A stretch of DNA of 16,062 nucleotides from Candidatus Heimdallarchaeota archaeon (GTDB lineage Archaea > Asgardarchaeota > Heimdallarchaeia > Heimdallarchaeales > Heimdallarchaeaceae): assembly GCA_016840095.1 (NCBI GenBank), contig JAEOSZ010000123.1, forward strand, positions 1 to 16,062. The letters run 5' to 3'. Under the pieces are notes generated by a model. That model was not told the origin of the DNA and did no database searches. It saw only the letters and a list, made by a program, of their open reading frames with translations. The translations under genes were made by a program, and so were the position numbers. This document shows positions 16,019 to 16,062 of this stretch, in pieces (positions within the stretch are counted from its first letter, which is position 1; every line of letters starts with the position of its first letter).

Positions 16019-16062
16019 TTATTCCTCCAATTCTTTGTCTGGCAACAAATTCTCATTATCTG
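16019..16062 (-). CDS. Probable 3' end of an upstream gene entering from outside the window
   Basis: Open frame ...DNENLLPDKELEE* ends 2 nt before the flavodoxin GTG, with that gene's RBS embedded, which suggests translational coupling. Only 44 nt are visible. Confidence 0.45.
   Translation of the reverse strand, partial: DNENLLPDKELEE

Noticed and set aside
1-16062. Mobile elements, tRNA or rRNA genes
   Set aside because: No transposase or integrase, terminal repeats, or GC-rich structured RNA gene was seen.

Overview
AT-rich, gene-dense chromosomal window that looks archaeal. It has BRE/TATA promoters, several apparently leaderless genes, (G)AGG(T/A)-type RBSs, an F420-type LLM oxidoreductase and sequon-rich surface proteins. 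The gene repertoire suggests an Asgard archaeon (inference only). Most long ORFs are recognisable: a divergent pair of bPH_2/YdbS membrane proteins (one fused to a winged HTH), a phytoene-dehydrogenase-like FAD enzyme, nitroreductase, 4-OT tautomerase, a 7-repeat propeller + FN3 surface protein, three tandem-GNAT paralogues, a membrane-anchored alkaline phosphatase, a flavodoxin, two TM + zinc-ribbon proteins and a protein with a PARP-type zinc finger. The most interesting part is the apparently empty ~1 kb at 6.7-7.7 kb. Read by hand, it holds a minus-strand cluster missed by the ORF track: promoter, structured leader, a 48-aa 50% acidic microprotein, a 23-aa Lys-rich peptide that aligns without gaps to the histone H3 N-terminal tail, and a 102-aa CxxC-x17-CxxC zinc-finger protein whose best candidate start is a non-canonical ACG behind an AGGTGA RBS. 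This cluster is divergent from the zf-PARP gene. All family assignments are from motif recognition; no database searches were run.
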